From positions 1,312,001 through 1,376,000 of the forward strand of contig CBDBHB010000009.1 of assembly GCA_965205505.1 (NCBI GenBank): DNA of 64,000 nt, written 5' to 3'. A program made the position numbers and the translations under genes. The notes beneath the pieces were generated by a model. That model saw only the letters and a program-made list of their open reading frames with translations, did no database searches and was not told where the DNA came from. The DNA comes from Acidobacteriota bacterium (GTDB lineage Bacteria; Acidobacteriota; UBA890; WLXD01). Each line of letters opens with the position of its first letter. Position 1 is the stretch's first letter. This document shows positions 50,937 to 61,116 of this stretch, piece after piece.

Positions 50937-52053
50937 CTACTGCTCGAATCCGTCGCCCGCGTTTGTTTCCTGCGAATCTGCGATCTTGATCGCTGTGCCT
51001 CGTTCGTGGCTTTCGTAGACGGCGAGCAGTGCGCGCAGGGCTTTGATCCCGCTCTCGGCCGAAACCTCGGGCTCCTGGTCGGCCGCGATGCTGCGGGCGA
51101 ACGACTCCATTTGCATGGCGAACTGGGCTGGCGGCGGACGATCTGCTAGCGGGATCTGGCGAACGCCACCAGCGTCCATCAAGAACAGCTTGTTGGCGTA
51201 ATGGAAAATACGCAGCGCCCCCTGCGTTCCGTGCACTTGAATGGACCCCGGATGTTTGTGCCACGTCCCCGCCGGCTGGTAGCCGGCGAGGCTCCAGGCG
51301 GCCCCACGGCTGAACAGACCGTCGGAGGGCAGGTCGGTGCTGAATGTGAGGTCGTTGTACACCAGACGCCCTACGGCGCCGTTGGCGAAATCCATGTGCA
51401 TGGTCTCCGTCGTAGGTGTTTCGCCGGAGATGTTGCCGCGCCCCCGCACGGTGCAGATCTCGGTGTCCATTAGCCACGGGAACGTGTCGATCATGTGGAT
51501 ACCGTGGTCGACCAGCCCCATCCCGGAACCCCCCGGGGCCGCCGGCGGGATAGTGATCGAACCCCATGGGCTCGTGCGACGCGGGCCCGCCTCCGCCGAT
51601 CACGGATTCGGTGAGTAACAGAACCTCTCCGAGGGCACCTGCTCGAATCATCTCCCGAGCCTTCGTCAGTGCGGGAAGGAACCGATAGGAAGCGCCATAG
51701 AAGAGCTTCACGCCGCGCTCGCGGCACACCGACACCATGGTATCGGCGTCTTCCAGGGTCACAGCGATCGGCTTCTCGCAGAACACATGCAGGCCGGCGC
51801 CGGCGATTGCCTCGGTCACCGCGCGATGGGTGTTCACCGGCGTCAGCACACAGACCATGTCGAGATCCGCCTTCTCCAGCATGGCTCCGTAGTCGGAGAA
51901 CGGCTGAAAGGCGTGCTTCTCGGAGATCTCTCGCAGGCGTGACGCTTTGATCTCGGCCGCCGCTACGACGTCTATCTCGTCGATCGCCTCGTAGGCTTCC
52001 AGATGGGCCTCGGCCACAGCCCCCAGCCCGACGATGCCTAGCCGTAGAGTCAT
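50937..52053 (-). pseudogene. Gfo/Idh/MocA oxidoreductase, frameshifted in a G6 run (51529-51534)
   Basis: GIVGLG and CEKP in one frame, GLVDHGIH in another; removing one G gives GGPGGSGMGLVDHGIH. Confidence 0.8.
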
Positions 52054-52125
52054 GCGCGCCAGTGTACGCTTTGACGGCCGATGTCAGGCTCCGGTCGCGG
52101 AAGTAGCTCAGCAGGGAGGGGAGGG

Positions 52126-53577
52126 ATGAGTCGGACCTGGAAACATGTTGCCCTCGCCCTGGCGATTGCCGCCGCTGGCTGTGATCCGGCCGGACGAGAC
52201 GACGGGGCGCCTGCTGTTCGATCCGCCAACGAGGACGGCCGACTTGTCGCGGTCGACGAGCTGGTGACGCCGTACGATCTGCACGACGGACCAGGGGGTG
52301 TGCTCGGCGTGTACTTGGACGGCGAGCTCGTATACGCGCGTGGTTTCGGGCTCGCGAATCTGGAGTACGGAATCCCCAACACGCCGTCGACGGTGTTTCG
52401 GGTGGGCTCGGTCTCCAAGCAGTTCGCCGCCATGGCTATCGCGATTCTGGCCCGACGGGGAGAGCTGCAACTGGACGACGACATACGGAAGTATCTTCCG
52501 GAGATCCCGCTTTACCCCGAGGGCGTCGTGACCGTCCGCCACCTCGTGCACCACACCAGCGGGCTGCGAGATTACAACGAGCTGGCGGGCTTCGCTGGGT
52601 ACCGCTCGGATCAACTCGCCACAACCGCCGCCACGTTCGAGCTACTGGCGCGACAGCGGGGGCTCAATTTTCCTCCCGGCGATCAGTTTCTCTACAGCAA
52701 CTCGGGCTACTTCCTGATTGCGGTGCTGGTGGAGCGGGTTACCGGCAAGACGATGGCGGAGTTCGCGCGCAGCGAGATCTTCGAGCCGCTTGGCATGCGC
52801 AGCTCGCTGTTCAAGGACGACCACGGTGCCGTCGTTCCGGAGCGCGCCTATGGATACGTCCGCGGTCGAGACACCGACGGGTGGCGGCTCTACATGTCGC
52901 AGCGCGACTTCGTCGGCGCCGGCGGCGTGTTCACTACCGCGCAGGACATGCTCCAATGGTTCGTTCACCTCGAGCACGGCGACCCCGAGCTCATGGAGCA
53001 GATGAGTCAGCGAGGCGTGCTCAATAACGGCGACGAGCTGGATTATGCGTTCGGGTTGACGTTCGACGACGACCGGGGCCTGCGCCGTGTGCACCACTCC
53101 GGTGGTTTCGCCGCGTTCACCGCGCATACCGTCCGGTATCCCGAGCAGCGCCTGGCGGTGTTCACGGCGGTCAACGGTGGCAACGCCAACGCCGTTCGCC
53201 TGGCCCTCGAGATAGCCGATGTTTATCTACGACCGCTCGTTCCCGAGCTTGCGCCGTTGGCATCGCCAACGAGCAGCAGCACAGCGCAGGCTGAACCTGT
53301 GGCAGCCGTGCAGCTGACGACCCGTGATCTCGGCGGTTACGCCGGCACATACGATGGCGGCGAGGTCAATGCCACCTACGAGGTGGTGCGGACGGACGAG
53401 GGGCTCGAGCTTACGATCCCCGGCAGGGATCCAGTGCAGCTACAGGCCGTGGGTAGTGGGGTGTTCGCATCGTCGCGTCTGAGGGTTACCTTCGAGCGTT
53501 CCCCGGCTGGCCCGGTGACGGGGTTTACCCTGGATGGCAGAAGGGCCAGGGGCTTGGTGTTCGAGCGGGTGGACTGA
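52126..53577 (+). CDS. Serine hydrolase (beta-lactamase class C-like), lipoprotein
   Basis: AAAGC lipobox; GSVSKQF, YSNSGY, HSGG. Confidence 0.9.
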   Translation: MSRTWKHVALALAIAAAGCDPAGRDDGAPAVRSANEDGRLVAVDELVTPYDLHDGPGGVLGVYLDGELVYARGFGLANLEYGIPNTPSTVFRVGSVSKQFAAMAIAILARRGELQLDDDIRKYLPEIPLYPEGVVTVRHLVHHTSGLRDYNELAGFAGYRSDQLATTAATFELLARQRGLNFPPGDQFLYSNSGYFLIAVLVERVTGKTMAEFARSEIFEPLGMRSSLFKDDHGAVVPERAYGYVRGRDTDGWRLYMSQRDFVGAGGVFTTAQDMLQWFVHLEHGDPELMEQMSQRGVLNNGDELDYAFGLTFDDDRGLRRVHHSGGFAAFTAHTVRYPEQRLAVFTAVNGGNANAVRLALEIADVYLRPLVPELAPLASPTSSSTAQAEPVAAVQLTTRDLGGYAGTYDGGEVNATYEVVRTDEGLELTIPGRDPVQLQAVGSGVFASSRLRVTFERSPAGPVTGFTLDGRRARGLVFERVD

Positions 53578-53603
53578 AGCGTGCGAGTGAATCGATGAAG
53601 GAG

Positions 53604-54422
53604 ATGAAGCTCTACGATCACGCAGAACGTATTTACGACGAACTGCGGGCCGACGGCCTCGGTGACGGAGAGCCACTCGAGGTCAACGATCTCACCGCCC
53701 ACGATCAATACCACTATCACGGGCTCGAGGCGCTCGATGCGGCGATCGAGGATCTGGCGCTAACGTCTGACAGCCGCGTTCTCGACGTTGGCTCGGGCAT
53801 CGGCGGTCCGGCACGCTACGTGGCTGACCGGGCGGGATGCCTGGTCACGGCTCTCGAGTTGCAGTCCGATCTTCACCGATTGGGTAAGGACCTGACGCGT
53901 CGCTGTGGCCTCTCCGATCGAGTGCTGCATCGTGCCGGTGACGTGCTCGATCCCGATATCGACGGCGATCTGTTCGGCGGGGCTTTCGATGTGCTGTTGT
54001 CGCTCCTTGTTTTCTTGCACATACCCGAGCGCCGGCGCCTGTTCGGTGTTTGCCGGCAGCTGTTGAAGCCCGGCGGGAGCATCTGGATCGAGGACTTCAT
54101 CAAGCTCCAGGAGCCCAGCGACCAACAGTGGCGTCACTTGCGGCGGGAGGTCCAGTGCTCCTACCTTCCGTCGCCTGGTGAGTACCGTGCTCACCTGGAG
54201 GCGGCGCACTTCACCGATATCGTCGTACAGGACATGTCGGCAGCGTGGGCGGCGTTCACCTCGGAGCGCTCGCGATCGTTCGACGCCGCCCGAGAACGCA
54301 ACGTCGACGTCCACGGATCGGAGATCGTCGACGGCCTCGGGGAGTACTACCGTGTCGTCGCTGACCTGTTCGCGTCCGGAGCCGTGGGCGGCGTGCGCAT
54401 CTCGGCTACAGCAGGGGCCTAA
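53604..54422 (+). CDS. Class I SAM-dependent methyltransferase (sarcosine/dimethylglycine N-methyltransferase-like)
   Basis: DQYHYHG, VLDVGSGIGGPARY, LKPGG. Confidence 0.82.
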   Translation: MKLYDHAERIYDELRADGLGDGEPLEVNDLTAHDQYHYHGLEALDAAIEDLALTSDSRVLDVGSGIGGPARYVADRAGCLVTALELQSDLHRLGKDLTRRCGLSDRVLHRAGDVLDPDIDGDLFGGAFDVLLSLLVFLHIPERRRLFGVCRQLLKPGGSIWIEDFIKLQEPSDQQWRHLRREVQCSYLPSPGEYRAHLEAAHFTDIVVQDMSAAWAAFTSERSRSFDAARERNVDVHGSEIVDGLGEYYRVVADLFASGAVGGVRISATAGA

Positions 54423-54516
54423 CAGGGGCGCGTGTGGTCTCGGGATGTCCAGCAACGTACTATTTGCTGATACACACGGGGTCGTGTTCGTCGGCCGCTC
54501 GACTGGGTAGCAACGA

Positions 54517-56370
54517 ATGAAACCGACAAGCCGGTATTGGATGTTCGCTGCGACTTGTGGGTTCTTACTCGGTGCGGGGGGTCTCGCTCCTGCGGCGTGG
54601 GTTGAGGCGACCGTCTCGCCGCCTGCGACGTATGCTGCTCGGCAGCACCAAGCCTCGAAGGAAGATCCGGGGCGCGGGTTGCAGTATCGTGGTGCGCCGG
54701 TCGTCTTGGGCAATGATGCTGCCCGCGTCGGCGAGCTGATTCCCGATCTCGAGCTCAAGACTCTGACGGGCCGGACGACGCGGATCTCTGCTGTGACCGG
54801 ATCGCGAGGCCTCGTCATCGCCATGCGTGATCCGGGATGCCCGCTTTCGAAGAAGTATGGGCCCCGCCTTGCCAGCATGGAACGGGAGTTCGACGAGCAG
54901 GGCTTCGACTTCCTCTTCGTCGATCCGATGCCGTACGGCACTGCCGAAGAGGGTCACCAAGAGATCGAGTGGTATGGCTTCGCCGGCGAGTATGTCGTCG
55001 ATCCAAAGGGCCGCATCGCGGCAGCGCTGGGCGCGGTTACCTCGACAGAGGTTGCCGCCGACCAGGAGTTTCTGCGGAGTGCGCTCGCAGCGACGGCCGC
55101 GGCGACGCTGCCGGCGGTGCGTGCGACGCTGGCGCCCGGATGCTATCTGTCGTTCGATGAAGCTGTCCTCGCCGCGATGTCGGCCGCACCGCCCACCTGG
55201 CACAACCGGGTAAGCCGCATCGTGCAGGCGCGCTGTCAGCGCTGTCATCGCGCCGGCGCCGCCGGCCCCTTCCCGCTGGTCGAGTACCGGGACGTCGTGC
55301 GACGCAAGGACATGATCGAATGGGTGCTTGCCGACGGCCTCATGCCACCCTGGTTCGCCGAGGGGCATGAGGAGTGGGCCAACGACCCATCGCTCAGCGC
55401 CGAAGAGATGGCGACGTTCAAGCGGTGGCTCACTGCTGGCACGCCGGAGGGAGATTCTGCCGACGCACCGATTCCGATCCGCTGGACCGAAGGCTGGACC
55501 CTCGGTCAGCCCGACGCGGATCTGCCGATCCCCGAGGGGTTCACGGTGCCGGCCGAAGGCGTGGTCGACTACCAGTACCAGTACATCAAGACGGATTTCG
55601 CCGAGGATCGCTGGGTGCAGGCGGTGGAGATCCTCCCCGGTGCTCCCGAGGTGGTGCACCATGTGCTGCTCTTCGTCGAGGAGCCAGAGGTGCGTGAGCG
55701 GGCCCTTGAAGGCGACCCCGACGCACAGAACGTGCAGCAGGGTGGAGCGCGCGGCTACTTCGCCAGCAACGTCCCCGGGCAGGACGGCGTCCGGTTTCCC
55801 CAGGGGTTCGGCAAGCTGTTGCCGGCTGGCGCGTGGCTCAAGGTGCAGCTGCACCACACGCCAAACGGCCGCGAGTTGGTCGACCGCACCAGGATAGGCC
55901 TACACTTCGCCGACGAGCCCGGACACACCGAGGTGCGCACCAACTCGGCGCTGAACATGCGCTTTACGATTCCGCCCGGAGCGGGGCGCCACCAGGTGGT
56001 CGCGGACTATACCTTCGACGAACCGTCGAAGCTGCTGTCGCTGCTGCCGCACACGCACGTCCGCGGCGTCGCCTTCCGCTATGAGCTCGTCTCGCCCGGT
56101 GGTGACGTCGAGGAGCTACTGTCGATTCCTCGGTACGATTTCAACTGGCAGCTCAACTACGAGCTTCGGTCACCGCGTTCCGTTGCTGCGGGCACGATTC
56201 TTCGGGCCACCGCCTGGTACGACAATAGCGCCGACAATCTCGCCAACCCCGACCCGACGGCGGAGATTTCCTGGGGCGAGCAGACGTTCGAGGAGATGAT
56301 GATCGGCTACGTCAACTGGGTGCCCCTGGGCGCTGCGGCGGAGCCTACGTCGGTTCCGGATGCTCATTGA
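54517..56370 (+). CDS. Redoxin + heme c + type II copper monooxygenase-like protein, paralogue 3
   Basis: Redoxin-like GCPLS; CQRCH; MPPW; VVHH, LHH, PHTH, EEMM. Confidence 0.8.
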   Translation: MKPTSRYWMFAATCGFLLGAGGLAPAAWVEATVSPPATYAARQHQASKEDPGRGLQYRGAPVVLGNDAARVGELIPDLELKTLTGRTTRISAVTGSRGLVIAMRDPGCPLSKKYGPRLASMEREFDEQGFDFLFVDPMPYGTAEEGHQEIEWYGFAGEYVVDPKGRIAAALGAVTSTEVAADQEFLRSALAATAAATLPAVRATLAPGCYLSFDEAVLAAMSAAPPTWHNRVSRIVQARCQRCHRAGAAGPFPLVEYRDVVRRKDMIEWVLADGLMPPWFAEGHEEWANDPSLSAEEMATFKRWLTAGTPEGDSADAPIPIRWTEGWTLGQPDADLPIPEGFTVPAEGVVDYQYQYIKTDFAEDRWVQAVEILPGAPEVVHHVLLFVEEPEVRERALEGDPDAQNVQQGGARGYFASNVPGQDGVRFPQGFGKLLPAGAWLKVQLHHTPNGRELVDRTRIGLHFADEPGHTEVRTNSALNMRFTIPPGAGRHQVVADYTFDEPSKLLSLLPHTHVRGVAFRYELVSPGGDVEELLSIPRYDFNWQLNYELRSPRSVAAGTILRATAWYDNSADNLANPDPTAEISWGEQTFEEMMIGYVNWVPLGAAAEPTSVPDAH

Positions 56371-56510
56371 GCATCGGTGCCAAAACTCGCCGGCTCCTGT
56401 ACGCTACGTCACGCGGTGGTCGTGCAGCGTGACACGCTCCAGCCGCAGGGTTGCTAGCCTGGGAATGGCTCCAATCCACCACGATTCCTTCGACTGAGGA
56501 GTATTTCCCT

Positions 56511-56867
56511 ATGAAGCGAGTAGCTTCGGCCCTAGCGCTAGTCATGATCGTCGCCCCCGTGGCGGTCGCCGCGCCGATGCAGGAGACCATCTCCGGCAGG
56601 GTGATCGACACCGCCTGCTACGCTGCCGATGCCCACGGCCCGGAAGAGGTCGGTTGCACCGAGATGTGCCTGGAAATGGGGGTCCCGGCCTCCTTGTTGA
56701 CGGATGACGGCCAGGTGCTGGTGCTGATGCCCGACAGCGATGAGATGGACGCCTTCAAGTCGCTGAGCAACCACGCGGCGCATCAGGTCAACATCACCGG
56801 CACGATGATGGAGCGCGACGGCCTCAAGGCCATGAAGGTCACCAGCGTCGAGCACGTCAGCAAATAG
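56511..56867 (+). CDS. Small exported hypothetical protein (Cys/Met-rich)
   Basis: GAGGAG RBS; signal peptide; IDTACY..H..GCTEMC. Confidence 0.7.
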   Translation: MKRVASALALVMIVAPVAVAAPMQETISGRVIDTACYAADAHGPEEVGCTEMCLEMGVPASLLTDDGQVLVLMPDSDEMDAFKSLSNHAAHQVNITGTMMERDGLKAMKVTSVEHVSK

Positions 56868-56893
56868 CCCCGCGATCAGACTTGCCGAGACTT

Positions 56894-56930
56894 ACCCCCG
56901 CGGGCGATGTCCGCGGGGGTTTTCTCTTTT
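56894..56930 (+). terminator. Rho-independent terminator
   Basis: ACCCCCGCGG...CCGCGGGGGT stem followed by TTTCTCTTTT. Confidence 0.75.
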
Positions 56931-56961
56931 CCTCTCCATGACCCCTCGAGGGGGGCAGGAC

Positions 56962-57699
56962 ATGAACCCCGATCCGCTGTCGGATGGTGTGCGATCGACG
57001 GGCGCGTGCCTGGCGGCGGCATTGTTGCTGGCGGCGTCGAGCTGCAGCCCGAGTACCCCGCCGATTCCGCCCTCGGTGGCCAGCGCGGCGATCGATGGCT
57101 GGTTGCCCGGTGCCGAGGTTGCCGTCGTCGACTCGACGTCGGCCGATGGGGTGGCGCTGGTGGAGGCGGACGTCAGCGACGAGCAGCTATACTTTCGGTT
57201 CCGCTATGCGGACCCGGACTGGGTGCTCGAGGGGATGGTGGTCGAGGACCGGATTCTGGATCACCGCGCCAGTCGGGATGTCTGGCTGGACATCGTGCGC
57301 ACAGCGCAGAGGGTCACCCTCGCTGAGATCGCCGCCGGTGACCGTCCGCGCTCTCGGCTCGAAGTCGTGGTCACGGATTTGCGCGTGGTATCGGTGGAGC
57401 CCGAGCGTATGGAGCTCGAATCGATTAGCGCCCCCGCCTCGGGCGCGGTGGTGGTTCGCGGGCGTCACTTCGACCAATTGCCGGTGAAAGTCGGCGACGG
57501 CGTCGCCCTGCAGGTACAGGATCTGGCCCGTGAAGGCGATGGCTGGGTCCCTCAGCGCAGCGAGCTTCCCGGTGAGCTGCTGGTCGAGCTCGATCCGATC
57601 GACGTTACCTTCTTACAGCTGCTCAAGCTGCGGCTCGCCGAGCAGGTCATCCCGGTGCCCTACAACATCCCCGACATGGCACACGAGCACTTGCCGTAA
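56962..57699 (+). CDS. Hypothetical lipoprotein
   Basis: LAASSC lipobox-like leader; GC3-rich frame. Confidence 0.6.
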   Translation: MNPDPLSDGVRSTGACLAAALLLAASSCSPSTPPIPPSVASAAIDGWLPGAEVAVVDSTSADGVALVEADVSDEQLYFRFRYADPDWVLEGMVVEDRILDHRASRDVWLDIVRTAQRVTLAEIAAGDRPRSRLEVVVTDLRVVSVEPERMELESISAPASGAVVVRGRHFDQLPVKVGDGVALQVQDLAREGDGWVPQRSELPGELLVELDPIDVTFLQLLKLRLAEQVIPVPYNIPDMAHEHLP

Positions 57700-57744
57700 C
57701 GTTGGGAGGATCAGCAGCTCGAGGGCCTGCCAGGGCTCGATGTC

Positions 57745-58858
57745 ATGAAGCCTGAGATACACCGCGCTAAGACAGATGACGAGCGTGAAGCCGTCTATCG
57801 ACTTCGGTATGAGATTTATGTGGAGGAGATGAATCGCTACGGCTCGATCGCCGACCCCGACAGACGTTTCCTGATCGAGCCCGATGATGCGGTGAGCCGT
57901 CTCTACTACGCCCGCGACCAAGAAGGCCATACGGTCGGTACCATGCGTTTGACCTGGGGCGGAGACGGTGAGTTCAGCGACCGCGACGTCGAGCAATATG
58001 GCCTGGCGCCGTTTCTGGAGAAGATTCCCCGCCAGCAGATGCTCGTCGGTGAGCGCTTCATGGTGACGCCAGAGCAGCGTGGTACCGACCTCGTATTCCG
58101 CATGTTCGAGAGCTACCTCGATCTCGTCAGGGAGAAGCGGATTCAGCTGATGTTCGGCGACTGCGAGCCGCACCTGCTCAATCTCTATATGGGATGGGAT
58201 TTCGCACGTACTCGAGCACCAACGTCAACAGCCCGGAGACCGGATACCTGATTCCGCTGGTGCTGGTGCCCGAGGACCTGGAGTACATGCGGGCCATCGG
58301 ATCGCCCCTGGTGTCGATCCTGCCGAATTTCGGCACCGACTCGCGCCTGCCCGCTTGCCTTGCCGATCTGCTGGCTGACCAGGGTACCGTAGCCAGCCAT
58401 ACTCTCACCAACAAGCAGCGCTACTGGTCTGACATCGACCACGCTCTCGAGCTGTCCCAGAACCCGATCCACCTCTTCGATGGCCTCGACGACACCGAAC
58501 AGGAGCGGTGCCTGTCCAAGAGCAACACCATCGAGTGTCGCCAGGGCGACCATCTGATCAAGGAAGGCAACGTGGCGCAGAACCTGTTTGTTGTGCTCGC
58601 CGGTTTGCTGGAAATTCGGGTGGATGGCCAGTTGGTGGCGGTCTGCACCTCGGGAGACGTGGTCGGCGAAATGGCGTTCCTTCTCGAGTGCCCGAGGTCG
58701 GCTGATGTCTACTCTACGCTGCCCAGGACGACACCCGCGTGCTATCGCTGAGCGAGAGTGCCCTGCGCGAGCTCATGGCGGAAGATCCGGTCGCCGCGAG
58801 CAAGCTGCTGCTGAACCTCTCCAAGCTTCTTTGCTACAAGTTGTTGCGCAGCAAATAG
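57745..58858 (+). pseudogene. GNAT/FeeM-like N-acyltransferase fused to a cNMP-binding domain, with two frameshifts
   Basis: AVYRLRYEIYVEEM, GTMRL; then GDVVGEMAFL..RSADV. A missing G at 58191-58193 and a TCTAC duplication at 58708-58717; the third frame ends KLLRSK*. Confidence 0.75.
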
Positions 58859-58965
58859 TGTCGCGGCTGCGCAGGCCTTGACTATCGGCGGTTGTTCCGC
58901 ACTATGAGGGGCGGCAAGGTCGACTTTCGCGGCGTTCGAGACAGAGCTCGCAAAGGGAGAACCCG

Positions 58966-60090
58966 ATGACGAAACGGCTCGGCTTTCTCACGGTGGCCGT
59001 AGCATTGAGCAGCGTGGTGGCGTTCGCCCAAGAGCGGGCGATCGAGTTCCCGGACGTCCCCGGCTATCGGACGCTCGCCGTCGACCTGCACACGCACTCG
59101 GTGTTCTCCGACGGCCTGGTGTGGCCCTTCATTCGAGTGGACGAATCGGATCGAGACGGGCTCGATCTCCTGGCGGTCACCGAGCATCTGGAGTATCAGC
59201 CGCGCTCCGAGGACATCCCGCACCCGGACAGGAATCGCTCGTTCATCGTCGCCAGCGAGTACGTCAAGAGAGCTGACTCCGATCTAATCGTCATCAACGG
59301 CGCCGAGGTCACCCGCGACATGCCGCCCGGTCACGTCAACGCGGTGTTCATCACCGACGCCAACGCGCTGCTGGCCGACGATCCGATGGACTCTTTCCGA
59401 GCGGCCAACCAACAGGGCGCGTTCGTGTTCTGGAACCACCCTTCCTGGACGTCGCAAGCTCCGGACGGTGTTGCGCTACTTCCCGACATGCATCAACGAC
59501 TGATTGCGGATGGGCAATTGCATGGTATCGAGGTGGCCAACGAGTACATCTACTCGGCCGAGTCGCTGCAGATCGCGCTCGATTACGACCTGGCGATTCT
59601 CGGGGTCTCGGATATCCACGGTCTGATCGACTGGGACTACGCGATTCACGACGGCGCTCATCGCACCGTGACGCTCGTGTTCGCCGAGGAACGCAGCGCC
59701 GAGTTGGTGCACAGGGCGCTCCGCGCCAACCGCACCGTCGCCTGGACGGACAACTCGCTGATCGGTCGCGAAGAGGTGTTGATGCCGCTGATCCAGGCTT
59801 CGCTGACTGTGTCGAGCGTGGGGTATCGGGCCGACAGCACGCTGGTCGACGTTACGCTGTCGAACGTTTCCGACGCCGCGTTCGAGCTTCGGAGCATCGA
59901 CGGACACCGGTTTTACAATCACCCGTCGGTTTTCCGAGTGCCGCCGCACGGCCAGGTAGTGCTTGGCCTAACCGGGGAGGACCGATCCAGCTTCGACCTG
60001 CAGTTCGAGGTCTTGAACGCGATCATCGCGCCGGAAACTCACCCGTTGCTGAGGCTGGGCATCGAGGTTCCGCCGGAAACCGATCAATAG
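58966..60090 (+). CDS. Exported PHP-domain phosphoesterase
   Basis: DLHTHSVFSDG, TEH, GHVNA, WNHP, SDIH. Confidence 0.85.
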   Translation: MTKRLGFLTVAVALSSVVAFAQERAIEFPDVPGYRTLAVDLHTHSVFSDGLVWPFIRVDESDRDGLDLLAVTEHLEYQPRSEDIPHPDRNRSFIVASEYVKRADSDLIVINGAEVTRDMPPGHVNAVFITDANALLADDPMDSFRAANQQGAFVFWNHPSWTSQAPDGVALLPDMHQRLIADGQLHGIEVANEYIYSAESLQIALDYDLAILGVSDIHGLIDWDYAIHDGAHRTVTLVFAEERSAELVHRALRANRTVAWTDNSLIGREEVLMPLIQASLTVSSVGYRADSTLVDVTLSNVSDAAFELRSIDGHRFYNHPSVFRVPPHGQVVLGLTGEDRSSFDLQFEVLNAIIAPETHPLLRLGIEVPPETDQ

Positions 60091-60146
60091 CGCTTCGACT
60101 ACGCTACGCGTATGAGCTTCAGATACGCCAGAGAAGAGAGCACGCC

Positions 60147-61082
60147 ATGACACTCAAGGTTGATTGGAACGGGGTGTTCCCCGCCGTTCCCACGCAGTTC
60201 CACGACGATTTCTCGCTCAATCTCCCGGCCACCCAGGAACACGTGGAGGCCTTGCTCGACGACGGCATCCACGGCCTCATCATGCTGGGCACGATTGGCG
60301 AGAACTGTTCGCTGTCGCTCGACGAGAAGGTCGAAGTGTTGAAGGCGACCAAGGAAGTCGCCGGCGATCGCGTCCCGATCCTCAACGGCGTTGCCGAATA
60401 CACCACTCAGGGTGCATGCACCACCGCGCAGGCGGCCGAGGCGGCTGGCATGGATGGGCTGATGCTCATGCCCGCCATGGTCTACAACTCCGACCCGCGC
60501 GAAACGGTGAACCATTACCGCACCGTGGCAGCTTCGATGAGCTTGCCGATCATGTGCTACAACAATCCGCCCGTGTATCGCGTCGACATCACGCCGGAGA
60601 TGTTCCAGGAGCTGGCCGACGTCGACAATATCGTCTGCATCAAGGAAGCCTCCGGCGACGTGCGGAGAATCACCGACCTGTTCAACACGCTCGGCGACCG
60701 CTACCCGATCTTCTCGGGCCTCGATGATGTCGCGCTGGAGAGCATCATGCTCGGTTGTACCGGGTGGATCTCCGGCTTGGTGGACGCGTTTCCGCGCGAG
60801 AATCGCCTGATGTGGGACGCGGCGATGGCCGGGGATTGGGAGCGAGGGCTGGAAATCTACCGGTGGTACATGCCGATGTTGCACTTCGACAGCCATCCGA
60901 AGCTGGTGCAGTACATCAAGCTCACCTGCGCCGAGATGGGCTATGGCACGGAGACGGTTCGCGCGCCGCGCCTGCCGCTGATTGGCGAGGAGCGTGAGCG
61001 CGTGTTGCAGATCGTACGCGACAGTGCCGCGACTCGACCGAGTGCGGAAGCGGTGAGTCAGGAGCCGGTGGCTACCGCGTAA
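60147..61082 (+). CDS. Dihydrodipicolinate synthase-family lyase (possibly hydroxyproline-pathway deaminase-like)
   Basis: GTIGE, YNNP, IKEASGD, GWISGL, KLVQYIKL. Confidence 0.85.
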   Translation: MTLKVDWNGVFPAVPTQFHDDFSLNLPATQEHVEALLDDGIHGLIMLGTIGENCSLSLDEKVEVLKATKEVAGDRVPILNGVAEYTTQGACTTAQAAEAAGMDGLMLMPAMVYNSDPRETVNHYRTVAASMSLPIMCYNNPPVYRVDITPEMFQELADVDNIVCIKEASGDVRRITDLFNTLGDRYPIFSGLDDVALESIMLGCTGWISGLVDAFPRENRLMWDAAMAGDWERGLEIYRWYMPMLHFDSHPKLVQYIKLTCAEMGYGTETVRAPRLPLIGEERERVLQIVRDSAATRPSAEAVSQEPVATA

Positions 61083-61116
61083 CCAGACCCACCACACTTT
61101 CACCGCAGCGTCCTAG
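61077..61116. repeat. Solo end of the nested repeat family
   Basis: GCGTAACCAGACCCACCACACTTTCACC...CTAG resembles the reverse complement of 13705-13741 and the sequence at 13954-13987. Confidence 0.65.
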
